64,000 bases of DNA from Camelus dromedarius (lineage: Eukaryota). Location of the stretch: NCBI RefSeq assembly GCF_036321535.1, contig NC_087436.1, forward strand, positions 87,732,001 through 87,796,000, written 5' to 3'. Position 1 is the first letter of the stretch, and every line of letters begins with the position of its first letter. The notes beneath the pieces are model-generated. The model worked only from the letters and a program-made list of their open reading frames with translations. It did not search any database and had not been told where the DNA came from. Positions 26,453 through 40,270 of this stretch are shown one piece after another. The position numbers and the translations under genes were made by a program.

Positions 26453-28589
26453 CAGGTACAAAGGCATCAAGACTTAAATCCAAAATGCTCAGGGCATCTC
26501 AGTGCATTAACACCATTAGATCTTCATTTGTGAGAAGAGTATGGTAACAGAGGAGACTCAAAAGGCAGGCCAGGTCAGGAAAAGTCAGCTCTGAATCTTG
26601 CGTAAGAGTTTAATCTCCTAAAGACTTGTATTTCCAACTGGGCCACCAAAGGGTATGCAAATGTAACAGATAAACATGGCACATTCAAGCAGCATCAATT
26701 CTCTCAATGGTAATTCATCTATAGCTGTTTTACATGAAAACAAAAACATTACCAAACCAAGTTACGCTCCCAGAATCCAGAATAATTCTGCCAGAGCAGA
26801 ACAAGCGTGAAGTTTAAGAAGCACTGCTGTGAGTCTAGATGCCACAGAAGTGTTTTCATCAGTTTTTAGAAAGATCACCCTACAGCAAGTGTGTGGCCTG
26901 GATTTAGAGTGGCCTTTGAAGAAGACTGGAAGTGCCTGAGGTGCCAAATGATCAGGGCCTTGAGGTAGACAGTGGAAGTGAAAGAGGAGAGGAGACACCG
27001 TGAGTACAGTGGGAGTGCAGGATATCCACACTTAACTCACACAAATTCAACGTAATTGCTTGGCAAGGAGAGAGAAAGAGAGAAGAAGAGTCAGTTGTCC
27101 CAGTAAGTGCCCTGGAGGCCTCTACTTAATAAGCAAGAGACGGACAACAAGAATCTCACAGTCCTGGGCTGGCCCGGTTTCCACATGCCAATCACATGTC
27201 AAGCATCTCACAGCACTGTAGGAGCTGCATATTTAAAGAGAGATATTTTTCATAAAACGGTCCCTGAACGTAAGCCAGCTGCTTCCACTGGCACTCAGCT
27301 GAAGAGCCGGCCACATGTTCTAAATGCTGCTCTAAGTGCAGCGCTGGAGATGATCTCCAATCAGGGGGTACCTTCTGCAAGTGTTTCCAGTGATAGTTTT
27401 AATACTGGTGATTTTCGCCTGACATATGGACTTCAGAACTAACCTCTATTAAAAATGTGATTGTACTGGGAGGAAAACCACTAAGACTGCTTTCAGGAGC
27501 TGAGAAGGAAGCTCAACATTTCATGTCTTTTTGTCCAATTCCTCAGAAATTCTCCTTTATCTGGAAAACTAGCCTAAACAAGGTCAGACAACTTGTTGTG
27601 GCCATGCTGGGGATAATTCACACATTTTAATTCCCAATCCTCAGCCCCTTCGTCCATTCTAGTGTATTTATGATAGGAGTAAAAGTGTCCATGTGTCTTC
27701 AACCCCATCAAGGGAATGATGTTGCAGCAGCATCTCCCACCCAAGGTTGTTAACAAGCATGCACAAAGTGAGAGAGCTTTAATATTAAATAAAAAGACAG
27801 TAAAACTGCTGAAATCTAAAACCATCTACCAACTTTTTTTTAAGAGAAAAGATTATGCAGAAAAGATACAAAACACCAATGTTTTTTTTCAAGTACACCT
27901 CTTTCCTCTTGTCACTAAAGATTCATGAAAGTATTTTATTATTAACTAAACTCCAGTTGGCCAGTAATCAATGCTCTCAGGTATAAAAGTTTTTAACACA
28001 GCACTATGCACAGATATGTACTTACAAAGGCATTTTGATGACAATGAAAACGATGAACTAAATTAGTATGGCTTTTGGGGTGGGGATGGGAGATAGAACA
28101 TGGGGCCATTACCATGTCACTGCCAAAAAAGAGAAACAAAATTGGACAAAATGAAAGGTTATCAAAATCAGCATTCATCCTAAACGTTCCTGGGACAGGA
28201 CAAGAGCATGACCGAGCGGCGCAGGGTGGGGCCTCTAACTGGGATTCCACCTGGAAGGCTCATGGGTCTTCCAAACCGTGGGTTACCTGGCCCATCCTCC
28301 TGAAACCTCAATTCTACTCAATAATATGGAAAAAGAAAAAAATGTTGTTGTTAAAGCCAATGGTGTACTGTAGTTGAGAGTCACTGTTTAGGTTTGCCCT
28401 GTCTCCTTCCTTCTAAAAACAGGAGCCCTCTTTCCTGTGGGTTTCAGATACACTGCAGATGAAAAGGTCAGTAAGAGGGAGAGAGACCACTGCCAACCTG
28501 CAAAGGACAGGCAACAACCTTAGATATCAATCTGGAGACTTTGGATCTGTGACTGCAGCATAAAAGAAAAAACTCTAAGTCTTCAACAA

Positions 28590-29310
28590 GTCCTTGCAAG
28601 CCCCTACATGATCTGACCCTAAGTCATCCCATGTCATTATCCTCCTCACTCCTCTCCAGCCACACTCTTCTTGAACACTCAGGTGAACTCCTAGCTCAGG
28701 GCCTTTTTCATTTAATATGCCTTCTGGTTCATGAGGCCTCATGGTTGACATCACTGAAACACCTACTCAAGTGTCACCTCCTCCAAGAGGCCTCCTCTGA
28801 CTTCCCTACTCAAAGCAGCCATGCCACTCCCGCCACCAGAGTCAGATTTTTGCATAGCACTCATCACTTTTAACAGTTTTACTGAACTATAATTCACATA
28901 TCGTGTAATTCACCCATTTAAAGTGCACAAGTCAATGTTTTTTGTTATATTCACAGAGCTATGTAACCATCACCACAATGTAACCTTAAAACATGTTTTT
29001 ACCCCATCAGCTATCACTCCCCATTTCTCCCCTCACCCCTATAGCACCAAGCAACCCCTAACCCACTCTGTCTATAGATTTGCCTATTCTAGACATTTTC
29101 TATCAATAAAGTCAAACAACATGAGGTCTTCTGTGACCCTGACATTATATTTCATATATATTTATATCTTTATCCTTTGTCACTCTCCCTGGAGTCCAAG
29201 CTCCACATTGACAGGGACTTTCTTTTGTCTTGTTCACCACTATATTCCAATACCTAGAACATCACAAACCTAGCACATGACGGATACCAATACACAGGGG
29301 AATAAATGCT
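28590..29310 (+). mobile_element. L2 fragment split by an antisense L1MB 3' piece (about 28870-29140)
   Basis: L2 motifs on both sides; the insert begins aacagttttactgaactataattcacatatc...aattcacccatttaaagtg. Confidence 0.65.
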
Positions 29311-30100
29311 TTAAAAGTAGCCACTGGATTTAGCAACGTGGAGGTTCCTCCGTGACCGTGACGAAGACTGTGATGACAGAACTGAGGGCAGAATGAAATG
29401 GGCCAAGGATAAAGCAGGAGGTGAGGGATCAGATCATGTCAGGCATAAACAACTTGTTCCAGAAGTTCACTGTGAAGGGGAGACTGGAAATGCACGCGGG
29501 GTTGAAGGAGTGTTGAGTGTGAGCTCTATGATGGGGAGACTTGAGCACGTTTAAAATACTGAAATCCAACTTGCTTAGTACCCTGGAGGGTTACAGAAGC
29601 CAGAGTGTAAAGAGCGGGCCAGATTACAAGTCGGGCAGACCTATGTATGAGCTCAAACGTACAGAGTATATGTGATTCTAAAAGTATAGAATGCACTTCA
29701 CCTCGAAATGTCTTGAAATTCAAAATCTATCATAAAATGAAGTCTACTTTTGACACTATAAAAAGCAATGTTTTAACCAGTATTGTGTTTATACTTCTGT
29801 ATACCAACTGACAGTCATTTAGCTGTAAGAGAGGGCACAAGAATATGTCTCATTTGTAAAAACAAATATATTCATATTTGAGGCCAAATTATTAAAACAT
29901 AAACATCTGAAACGAGTTTTCTATACCAGAAAACTAGGAAAAGCCAAAAGCCAGGTCTGTAGGTCAGCATCATACCCCATGCCCTTCATTGTTAGAAGGA
30001 GGAATTTCTTATCCATAAAACGGATAGTTAACAGTGCCAGCCTCATAAGGACACTGCAAGGATCAGATGAACGAGTGCTGCAAGGTGCCTGGCACAGAGC

Positions 30101-30189
30101 CGGGCGCAGGGCAGGCAGCCCGGGGCAGGGGCAGGGGCAGGCAGCCCGGGGCAGGGGCAGGGGCAGGGGCAGGGCCAGGCAGGGCAGCC
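30101..30189 (+). repeat. GC-rich (GGGGCA)n tandem repeat with higher-order structure
   Basis: Three blocks, roughly C(GGGGCA)n-GGCAGCC; sits at a MIR tail and before a MER5-like element. Confidence 0.9.
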
Positions 30190-31039
30190 ACAGCTCTGGA
30201 GCCCTCTTCCCCGCGCCCCCGCTCACACAGTAAGCTGCTGAAATTGACACAGCGGTTGCGCGTCAGAATCACCTGGGGAGTCTGAGTAACTGCCAGTGCC
30301 TGGGGCTCCATCCAGATCAATTTAAATAAAAACAGGAGTGTGGTCAGCAAACATTTTTTCAAGAAGCCCAGGTAGCTCTACTGTGCAACCAGAGAGGAGC
30401 GATTTATCCCCACCCTCGACTCAATCCCCAAGCTCTGGCCACCAATCCATGCTCACAATCTCAGCACAGGCCAGAGGGGAGTCCAACTCACTCACAGGTA
30501 GCCCCTCTGCACATGGAAAAAAAAAAGACCAAGATCCAAGCCCTTCAAGGTCCAAAAGAAACAAAGTAGCAGCGAGGAAGGGGTTAACATCATTCTCCTT
30601 ATCAATAAATATTTGCTATTTACAAGGCGCAAAGCCAGAAAGGTGAGCGCGGAAAGGGGAAAAATGACAAGGGGGTGGAGAGCAGGTCACCACAGGTGAC
30701 TCAGCGTTTTCACTGAATACAAGATCCAAAGGTAGAGCCATCAGAGCACATCAATGCTGGCTTCTTCCTCCTAAGTCTCACAGGACTCGTGGAAGAGGCT
30801 GGGAGCAACCACCTGCCCAAGAGAGGCGGCATGTCACCCAGCCTGAGCCTGCTGCTGCCATCTCAAAGGAGCCGACCACTCCCAGAGAGCCAGTCTGGCT
30901 GTCCTCCCAATGGGACAAGGTACAAAGGGCCCTAGATTCATTCTCTTCACCCCACCCTAACCACTGAAGAACACAGATTCACTCCATTGCTCAGAGGGAA
31001 AAAAATCATCCTTTAATCTTACTAATGCTAGAAGAGCCT

Positions 31040-31260
31040 AGATGTAGGTTAAAGAGTGTAGCTCTGGCATCGGAAAGCCCCAGGTTCGAGTCCCAGCTCT
31101 GTGGCGTCCTAGCCAAGTGACCCTGCCCCTAGCCCGGCCCCCGCATCCTCATCTGCAAAGCCAGAAGAGCAGGCTGCTGTGAGGAGTCAGTGACACGGTG
31201 CCGGCCAAGGACAGCACAGTGCTGACCCATACCAAGCACTAATAAAGGTTCATTATTTTA
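31040..31260 (+). mobile_element. MIR SINE
   Basis: ggttaaagagtgtagctctgg...ggttcgagtcccagctctg...cctcatctgcaaag. Confidence 0.75.
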
Positions 31261-32039
31261 ACCCCTATAATTATTAGAACATAGAAGAGACTAAGACAGA
31301 CTGAACCTAGAAGAACAAAAAGTAAAGGCCGGGCAGAAAGGTCTTTAAAACTCTCACTTCAGTAGCCAGTTGTCTGGACTTGAATGTACAACTATCCTTC
31401 TCAGCTTCCTGTTTAATTAAGAACAAGTAATCTGTGGTCTCATTTTGGGAATGGCATTTGTAGAAAGAGATCTTAAAGGGGAAAAAGACTTAAACTCACC
31501 CTCAACTACAGAAAAAAAGAAGAGAATCATTTCAAAGAGGTTACACCAAAATGACACTAGTTGCTCTACTAAAAGGCAGGTTTTACGTTTTCTGGCTTTT
31601 CTGCAATGTTGTTAGATGTCACTCATCTTTAAAAATAATATAAAGTGTGTGTCCAAAAAGTATTTAGTATGAATGTCTGTTTAAAATAAAATCTGAGAGG
31701 ACTAAAAATGACTTTTTCACTAGTGAGTTAAGAAAAATACTTTTCTTTGCCACAATCAGTCGCCCAGCTAGAATCTGTCTTTAAATATCCACTGTCGTTG
31801 TACGATGGTAGAAATGAGGGGAAGAGGAGGAGTGGGAAAGAAGGAATTCATCCTAGATCCTGATTCTGTTGGGACCCATTCCAAAAAGAAAAGAACCACA
31901 AACAAAATGCAGATAATCTTATCAACTGGCTCTGCCCTCGCCACTGGTAGGCCAGTGACAAAATATGGAATTCCAATCTGCCTGCCAGGTTACCACAAGG
32001 ATTAAATGAAAAGCACAAATGAAATTGTAATATTTCATA

Positions 32040-32270
32040 GGCAGTGGTGGGGCACCAAGACCCTGGAGTCAGAGTGCCTGAGTTAGAATCTCAGCTCACC
32101 ACTTACCAGCTGTGTGACCTTGAGAAGGTTTGTTAATCTCTCTGTACCTCAGCTTACTCATCTGTAAAATGGGGATGAAAAACAGCACATACAGAACCTA
32201 CTTCAGAGGCTGTGGTGATGATTAAATGAGTTAACGCAAGCAAGGCAGCTGGCCCAGGAATAATCACTGT
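32040..32270 (+). mobile_element. MIR SINE
   Basis: ctggagtcagagtgcctgagttagaatctcagctcaccacttaccagctgtgtgaccttg...ctcatctgtaaaatgggg. Confidence 0.85.
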
Positions 32271-32979
32271 ATATTTGATGTGTGTCAACATCCCCATCCC
32301 ATGCCTCCTCTCTCCGTGTGCCCCACATCCTCTGACTTCTCTCTCCCCTCACCTCCCTCCTACTCATCAACCCTCCCTGGTGCCTCTTTTCAGCCCTCCC
32401 CACATGGCTCCTGCCCACCCTCCACCTCACTCCCCTTCACTCTGGCCCAACCCCCATGCTACTGCTCTGGCCAGGCTGTCCCTCTGCTTGGGAGCACCCT
32501 CCCACCTCTTCCCCTACCCCCTACACACCCACCTTTTCTTCCTGTAATAAAACTTCAAAAGCTAAAGCCACATGACAACCGCTAAACCTTCCCTGAAGTC
32601 AAATCTAATGACCGCCTACTTTCAAAGCTCCCTGGGCATCCCTCTGACCTGGCCCCAGCCCGTACTTCAACTGCCCAGTACTTCTCTGCCTCAGCATTAA
32701 ACCCGCTGGAAGGACGTCCTTCCACACAAGGACCCCGGCTCAGTCGTGTCTGCTACAGCAGCACCTGAAAGCAATGGCTGCTGAGTGACTGAGTGAGGGA
32801 ACGCCTCAGTTGGTTCTTTTCTTAGAACCTCTCTTCCTCTCAAAGGTCTCCTTTTAAAGCCTAATGAAGAAACTGACATTACACAGTAATCATTTGCAAT
32901 AAAGACAGCAAAGTGCCAAGCATTTCTCTAACGGCTTTATGCGCTTTATCTCATTCAATCGTCGGGATCACTTCTGATC

Positions 32980-33570
32980 TTGCCTCCTGCTTCTCTCTCT
33001 CCCCCCAACCTCCAACTCCACTTTAAGCACACCAGCCTCTTTGCTGTCCGTCAAACACGCGCCTGCTCCCCTTCAGAGCCTCTGCATTTGTGTCCCCTCT
33101 CCCTGGAATGCCCCTTCACCTCCACTGGGTCATGTCTTAAAAGCTTCTTAGGGAGGCCCTCCCTGACCTAGCTATGTAAAATGACAACAGCCCGGCTCGG
33201 GCTCCCCGCCCCTGTACACAGAGGGGCACCTGTGCTCTCCCCTTCCCTGCTCGCTTTTCTCTAACAAACTTATCACCACCTGACATACTGCATGATCTGC
33301 CTGCTTATCATCTGCCTCTTCCCCAACACTGAAATGGGACTTCATGACAGATGAAGAACAGAGCCTGGTACACAGTAAGTGCACAACAAACACTGCTGAC
33401 TCAACAACCCCATACCCTGCAGCAGATATTTTTAACGCCTGAAGAATCTGAGGCTTACAAAGAGTAGCTGAGTAACTTACCCACGGTCACACAGCTAATA
33501 GAGGCAAACAGAATTTGAACCCAGGCATTTTGACTCTAGAGTTTACACTTAACTGCTATGCTTTCCTGCC
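32980..33570. mobile_element. L2 fragment followed by an antisense MIR
   Basis: cagagcctctgcatttg...ccctggaatgcc...gcctggtacacagtaagtgc, then ctgaggcttac...gtaacttacccacggtcacacagct. Confidence 0.65.
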
Positions 33571-35832
33571 TCCCAACCGGACCCAGATGACAAAAGACAT
33601 CATTATCTCCAAGGAGCAAATTCTAGCATTGTGTATCTTTGGCCCACAGAGAAGCAAAAGCCATCCACCAGAAAATCTTTGAAGAGATCAAGTCATCTAA
33701 TTCAAGGAGTTCTATGTAGTAAAGTATTAATTATCAGATTTCTAATTTATACAGCACTGATAGTTCAGTAAAAAAGACAGAGTGATTATTACACCTTTTT
33801 ATCCTATAATACCTCCACGAACAGCAAAATGACAAATCAGCTAACACAGAGGAGGCCTAAGGTGATATATATTAAAAGCCAAAAACTGTGGTGGGAAGTA
33901 GAGAAGTACAGACAGTGAGGGGACACAAGGGAACTTTGGGGTAATGAAAATATTCTATATCTGAATTTTGCTAGTGGTTACAACACACACACATTTATAA
34001 AATGGGTACAATCTTATAGAATGTAAATTTATACTCAATAAAGTTGAGTCATAAAGCAATTGGACTATCAGATGATTTTTAGCTAAACAAAATAAATATT
34101 CTACCAATATAATTTCCATCCCTAACACTTCCAAGAATTTGTGGGAGTGGGTGGGGGGACAAAGATGTGGTTAGGTCGCATCAGTGGCGTGACTGATGTG
34201 TGCCTCAGAGTCCCGCCTGACCGCTGGCAAAGGCAGCTCCCACCACTGACCCTGTCCCCAGAGTCCAACCAGAGTGGAAAGGCAGATCACTGAATCTCAA
34301 AAATAAGCTATGAAAAGCTGTTAACACCAAATCAAGTTGATCACCTATAAAAAGAGATCAGCATTAATGTCAGATTCTCAGAAAATTCACCTCCAACTAA
34401 CGAAGTTTACCTTCTAACTAAAGGAAGACTTTTAGTTATCTCAGTGCATTGCTAACATTAAGAAAGAAACCCTTAGGGCCAGAATCTGGTCATGAAACAA
34501 AAAGAGGGGAAAAGCAGAAACATTAAGCCCCTTACCATCCAACTTGCCAAGCCTTACTTCAGCCGTCCCCACCTAGGCCTGCTACATAGGTCAGAAATGG
34601 ACACGGGTCCTGTCCACAGACTCTGGTGCCTCAGCACATCACCAGCACTCTACTCTGTCCTTGAGAAGTCTCTCCACGCCACAGACATTCTTCAAAACTG
34701 GTATCTGCGTGATTTAAAAGGAAGTATTATTTAAATTGGTTTGCATAAGACACCTTTATCAAAAAACGGCAGAGAATGATGAGTAAGTGAAAGTCTGTAC
34801 TCCAGGAAAAAAAATCCAAAGACAACAACAGACGACTCAGAAGCATGCTGGAGAGCAGGAGGAAGAATGAATACATTCCAGATAATCCACTAACTAGTCA
34901 AGAGTTGACTGTTAAAGTCCAATTCATTATGTATTTGAGGACCTAAGAGAGGCATCATGCTGCACCATAAAGGGGACACCAAGGAAGACAGAGTCCCAGA
35001 CCCCACAGGGGTTATAATCTATTTGGGGAGGGGACAAATAAGTAAACAAGCAGTTATTGTTAAATGAGAGAAAGCTGAGAAGAGAAATAAACAGCCCTTT
35101 GGAGGCTCAATGAGAAAGTTTGCTGGAGAGGGAACAAGGAACGCCACGAAGGGAACTTCCACAGACGTAGCATAGAGGGCAGTGGGCGATGGGGGAGCAA
35201 TCTGGGAGGAAGAGATCAAGCTTAAACTAGAGAACAAGTCCAACCCCAGCTTCTGAGGAGACTGTATTTCGGTAAACAAACGGGAGTCTTTGAGGTTTCT
35301 GAGTAGGGGAGTCATAAAGACAAAGATAATTAACTGGTGATGGAGAAGATAAAGTTAGGAGGCTGAGCCTGGTAAAAGGATTACTGGTTATTACAATACA
35401 AGAAAGGATGGATCAGACCTAGGGTGATGGCACTAGGTATAGAAAAGAGGGGACAGGCATGGGAAGAGATGTGGCCTCTGACTTGCTGCAACCAGGGAAA
35501 GGCAGGATGAGAAATGTCTAAGCTTCCAGCCTGCATTATTAAATGAAGTGCAGTTTCATTAACCAAATGAATAAAATTAACTGGTCTTGTTTTCCTCTTT
35601 ATTTTGGCAACTAGGAAGCTCAGAGCCAAATATATGGCCCATTTCTAACATATGGCAAGCATTTATGTGCAGCCTGAAAATGTATAATTTCTTTCTCTTA
35701 ACAGGATTTTATCTATATTTAGTAAGTCACCTCTAATTATTTTAGAATGAGGCAGAAAACAAGTCAACAGATAAAAAAGATTGAGACCAAGCCAGAGACA
35801 GTTAAAAAAAGTAGCTGAATCAGGGATATAAT

Positions 35833-36314
35833 TGTAGACTGTCAACCCAGAGCATTCCCTTCTTCCACCTTAGCAAAGTCCACACCACACAACAGAAGCT
35901 CAAAATGCCAGACTCACTTTCTCCACCTCCCTCACAACCAGCAGTGGCATGAGGTCAACTCTACTCAAAGAGACTGAAGGGGAAATCTCCAAGGTGACCT
36001 TCTGGAAAAGACTCCTCTCTGTTAAGTGGGAATTGTAAGGAAATACACTCCTTCCCTTCCTTTCTTACATAGGCATGATGTCTGGTGCTGCAGCAACCAT
36101 ACAGGAAACAGGAGGCAATGAGCCTAGAGATCTTGACAAAATACTAAGAATAGAGGGGAAAAGGATACATTCTCAAAAGACATCACTATGACTCTGCACT
36201 AGCTTTAAATCCATCTATCTCTAAACTTCTTGCTACTGGACAGTTATAAACTCCACTACTTAAGTCATTTTGGATTGAGTAGTTTTACCTGTCAGAAGCA
36301 TCACACCTAATACA
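35833..36314 (+). mobile_element. MLT1-type (ERVL-MaLR) solo LTR
   Basis: aaatgccagactcactttc...catgatgtctggtgctgcagcaaccat...aaacttcttgc...gcatcacacctaataca. Confidence 0.6.
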
Positions 36315-36658
36315 ACAGAGGTCATCGCGAGGTCAGTTTCTGACACACTGATATTTACACTGCTGAGTAAGCAAGATTGTTATTACTGAGATGAGAGCAA
36401 TGCAAACATACAGTCAGGAAGAAAGCAATAAGCTAGTAAGAGCTTCTGGGAGAAGCTAAAGGTAAAAAGAGAAAAGGATATAACAATTAATAACATTTGA
36501 AAAAATGTGGTCACGTATTAGTCGGGCTACTTCTTGGAAGCAAGAACAGAGTAAGAAAAGAGTAAAAAGCACAGAAGTCCTCTAAAGCGGAGAAAATGAG
36601 GGGGGCTTTCTTTCTTGGCAACATTATGGACGAAATAACGTGAAAATCCTCCCCAATA

Positions 36659-37118
36659 CAGAGCTTCCTCTTGAGTAAACCCACTGTAAACTGAAAATAT
36701 CCTAAGTCGAAAATGCATTTAATACAACTAACCTACAGACAACAGCTTAGCCTAGCCTACCTTTAACATGCTCAGAACTCTTATATTAGAATAGAGTTGT
36801 GCAAAATCACCTCACACAAAACCTATTTTATAATAAAATACTGAGTATCTCAGGTAATTTACTGAAAACTGCACTAAAAGTGAAAAACAGAAAGGCTGTC
36901 TGGTACAAAAGGGCTGTAAGTGTACGGCTATTTGCCCTCATGATCATATGGCCGCCTGAAAGCTGCGGTGGCTGCCCAGCCTAGCATCGCAAGTAACCTA
37001 CCATACATCACTAGCTTCGGAAAAATCAAAATCCAACATTTGAAGTACCGTTTTTATCAAATGTATTTTGCTTTAGCACCATCATAAAGTCGAACTATCA
37101 TTAAGTTGGGACCATCTG
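36659..37118. mobile_element. MER47/Tigger5-family non-autonomous DNA transposon
   Basis: aagtcgaaaatgcatttaataca, gcttagcctagcctacctt and terminal ttggggaccatctg match the recalled MER47; TA on the left flank. Confidence 0.8.
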
Positions 37119-39780
37119 TTGAAAACAGTCAAAAAATTCCGGGTGGAGTTTTAGAAACATCTGTCTAAAGGCAAAGTTAAGTTCATAAGAAAATAAAGGA
37201 CCTCTCCAAAGGCCAAAAATCAAAGAGGAACTTCTTTCTAACACCAGAGTAGAAAGTGTAAGGTGATAATGCATAGGAACCTAGGGTTTGGGAGCTGAGG
37301 AAAGGGGTAGTCGTGTGTGTATGGGGCACCTGCCCGTTGGGATGAAATTGAAAAAAAGAAAAGGTAAAGAAATGACTAACCTAATGTTTTCTTTAAAAAC
37401 ACCGTCTTGAAGATAATTACATCTCTTGTTCTCAACCTCATAGACCTCACCCTTTACAATACCAAATTCCAGTGAAAAATGCACATTAAAAAAAAAAAGT
37501 CCATGTTACACATTTACATATCACAAAAGGTTTCCTGGATATTTATTTCATCATAAGCTTAAATAAAACATAAGATAAGACATAAATCTTTTCCGGATAA
37601 AACCACACATTGCCCTATTTTTCAGCCATTATGAAAAGAACCATCATTCAATCAAGTACTCAAATTCAGTATGTTTGTAACCATACTAGACAGTTTTCAA
37701 ATCTTTGGACTTCTTGGTAAAATTTTATCATTAAGGTCATTATAATACTCTTCTAGTGACCATGCTACCAATAGCTGCATAACACCTTATACATCACATA
37801 AAAATATTCTGTCATCTCTAAGCTAATGTGACGGTGCTCTACATTACAGTTTTTGGAGTCATCGCATATAAACGGTAAAGGGAACTGGCAAAGGATGTGA
37901 TGTTTGGGGAGTCTACAAGCTAAAAGCATGGTTTCTAATATTAAGAAGACAGAAGAAATTACAGCCACAGCTGAAAACAGAACAGAAACACATATAAACC
38001 TCTTAAGGTCCTCCACTAAGTTTACCTTCCTCTAGTCTCACTGGCTTCCCATGCTTCTTTGAAAACCAAAGACTTAATATATTCCCTTCCCTCATGGTCA
38101 CATCCTCACACTGGCTTAAACGAGTGAGACCATTTCTACTCTCAATTCCATTAAGCCGCCTCCAACACTCAATTCAAGACCACCTTTTTTCCAAAAGTGC
38201 CCCCCTTTGGCAATACAAATGGCCCAAGAACTACAAACACGTATTTTAGACTATCTTCATAAGGATTACATGTTATCTCCACCACAGTCACAGATTTATA
38301 TAAGACAGAACTTTTTAACCAAGTGTTTATATACACTGGATGCCACAAAAATACACCATCCTAAATATTGCTTTAGAATGTTGCATCTTGAATGCTTTTT
38401 CCATAACCTCTGTACTAAATGGGTCAAGACTAAACAAATATTTACTCTACAAGTAAGGCTACCAAATGCAGGTGAAAATAATCAACTCGGGGATCGAGAA
38501 CCCAAGTGTGAAAGGGCTGCCTGTGGCTTGGTCCTCCCCCAGCCGGTGGTGCAGGCAGAAGGTCCCAGGGGACAGGAGCGCCTCCCCAGTGCGGGCCCAG
38601 ATCCTCCGGGAATAAAGCACGAGTTAGCAGAGCAGGGAGGCTCCAAGGGGCGCGCTGCATTCTGGGACTCGTTTCCACAGTTACCCACGTGCACCCAACC
38701 CAACCGCGGCCCGGACTACACGTCCCAGAATTCCGCGGGACCGCCTTTCCCCTTAACACCCGGCGGCTGGAGCCGGACCCTAAAGGAAACCCCTAAAGCT
38801 CCCTCCCTGCAAGACTGGGAGAGGTCGCGCCCCGCGGGCGCTGCGCCGGGCCTGTGGTCTGGCCCTCCCCCCAAGGGAAGCGGGTCTCAAGGCACCAGCC
38901 TCCACACCTGACGACCAGAAATTAGACAACTGCGTCACAGACTGCCAAACCCATGGACCGCCGGAGACCCCAACACTTCCCCTGCGCAACCCCCACCCAG
39001 CCCGGCCTCCAGGGCCCGACCCCTCCCGCTGCCGCCAAGGAAAACCTGCAGCCTGCGCCCCTGCCCCGCCTCCCAGTCCCGCAGCCGGAGCCCGCGCCAG
39101 CGCTGACCTCGCTTCCCGCCGCTCGGGGGGAACCGCGGCCAGAGCCAACCTCAGGGCACCTCCCCCGCCCCCTCCTCCTCAGTCCCGCCCCCTCCACATC
39201 AGCCCCGCCCCCTCCTCTCCTCGCACCCCCAAGCTCAGGGCTCCCCCTCGAGAGACCCTGGCTTGATCTGGGGTAGGATACACCTCCCCTAAACACGTAG
39301 TCTGACACCTCCCCCCCAAGCCCCGCGCGGACCGAATCTGGACTAGACAGTCTTCCCCTCGCCCCGGCCCCTCCCAACCTCCCTTTCCTCCCAACTAGCT
39401 CTTCACCCCCACCGCACCTCCTCTACCCCTGCCCCCATCCTGTCACCCCAAACCCTCCCCACCTTCTCTTCTTACTCCCAATTATCCTATATTCCCAACA
39501 CCTGCTCCATCCTATTACCCAACGTTTGCCCCTTCTCACCACTCCCAGGTACCCCACCACGCTTCCTATGGCCCTCCCGCCCGCCGGACTCCCCAACTAT
39601 CCCATCACACCCCAATCCCTCCCACCGTCTCTCTCTCCCATTACATCAGCCCTCATCTCCGTGCCCTCCCTCTGCCCCGCTCGGCCGCTGCCCCCATTCC
39701 CCCACCCCATTGTTCCCCCCACCCCCGCCATACAGCCCTTCTTCCCATTGTCCCCGCCCCCGCGCTCCCCTAGCACTCAC

Positions 39781-39928
39781 CCGCCTTTCTCACGGAGCTG
39801 CCCGCACCGCTCAGCCCCTAGGAAATCCTCACCCCTGCGCCCCGCTCGCTCGCTCGCCCCCTCTCCCCGCCAGCCGGTGCCACCCCCCGGCCCTGCACGC
39901 TAGCGCCTGCCGCTGCCTCCACCTCCAT
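39781..39928 (-). other. DCUN1D4: Candidate alternative first exon (1b) of DCUN1D4 with an in-frame premature stop
   Basis: ATG at 39928 reads MEVEAAAGASVQGRGVAPAGGERGRASERGAGVRIS*GLSGAGSSVRKA; phase-1 donor G|GTGAGT at 39781/39780; resembles the recalled long human N-terminus MEVEAA...VRISKGLSGAGGSVRKADFQLN. Confidence 0.75.
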
Positions 39929-40245
39929 TCACCCCGGACACTCTGGTCCCGGCCCTTCATCGCACGTCCCGCCCCCCCTTCCCCCAACACTGAAATGGAG
40001 CCAGTCCCCACCCCCCTCACCTCCGCCCTCCCCTGGCAGGCCGGCCCCTTCCCCCTACGCCCGCCCCCGCCCCGCGCCGCCCGCAGCGTCACCGCCCGCC
40101 CCGGCCCCGGGAGGGGAAGGGGTGGCTCCCGGGCCGGGTCTCCCGGCGCGTTTCGGGACAGGAGGCGCGGGGCGGGGACTGCGGGAGCCGAGCGAGGAGT
40201 GTTGGCAGACGCCTGGTCCCGGCCCGCTCGCTCTCTGTTACTCAC

Positions 40246-40270
40246 TGACAGCGGCGGCATCCGAGTGCAT
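40246..40270 (-). CDS. DCUN1D4: DCUN1D4 coding exon 1 (MHSDAAAV, phase 1)
   Basis: ATG at 40270 with A at -3 (GAAAATGC), 25 nt, followed by a GTGAGT donor at 40245; inside a CpG island; matches the recalled N-terminus of DCUN1D4. Confidence 0.95.
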
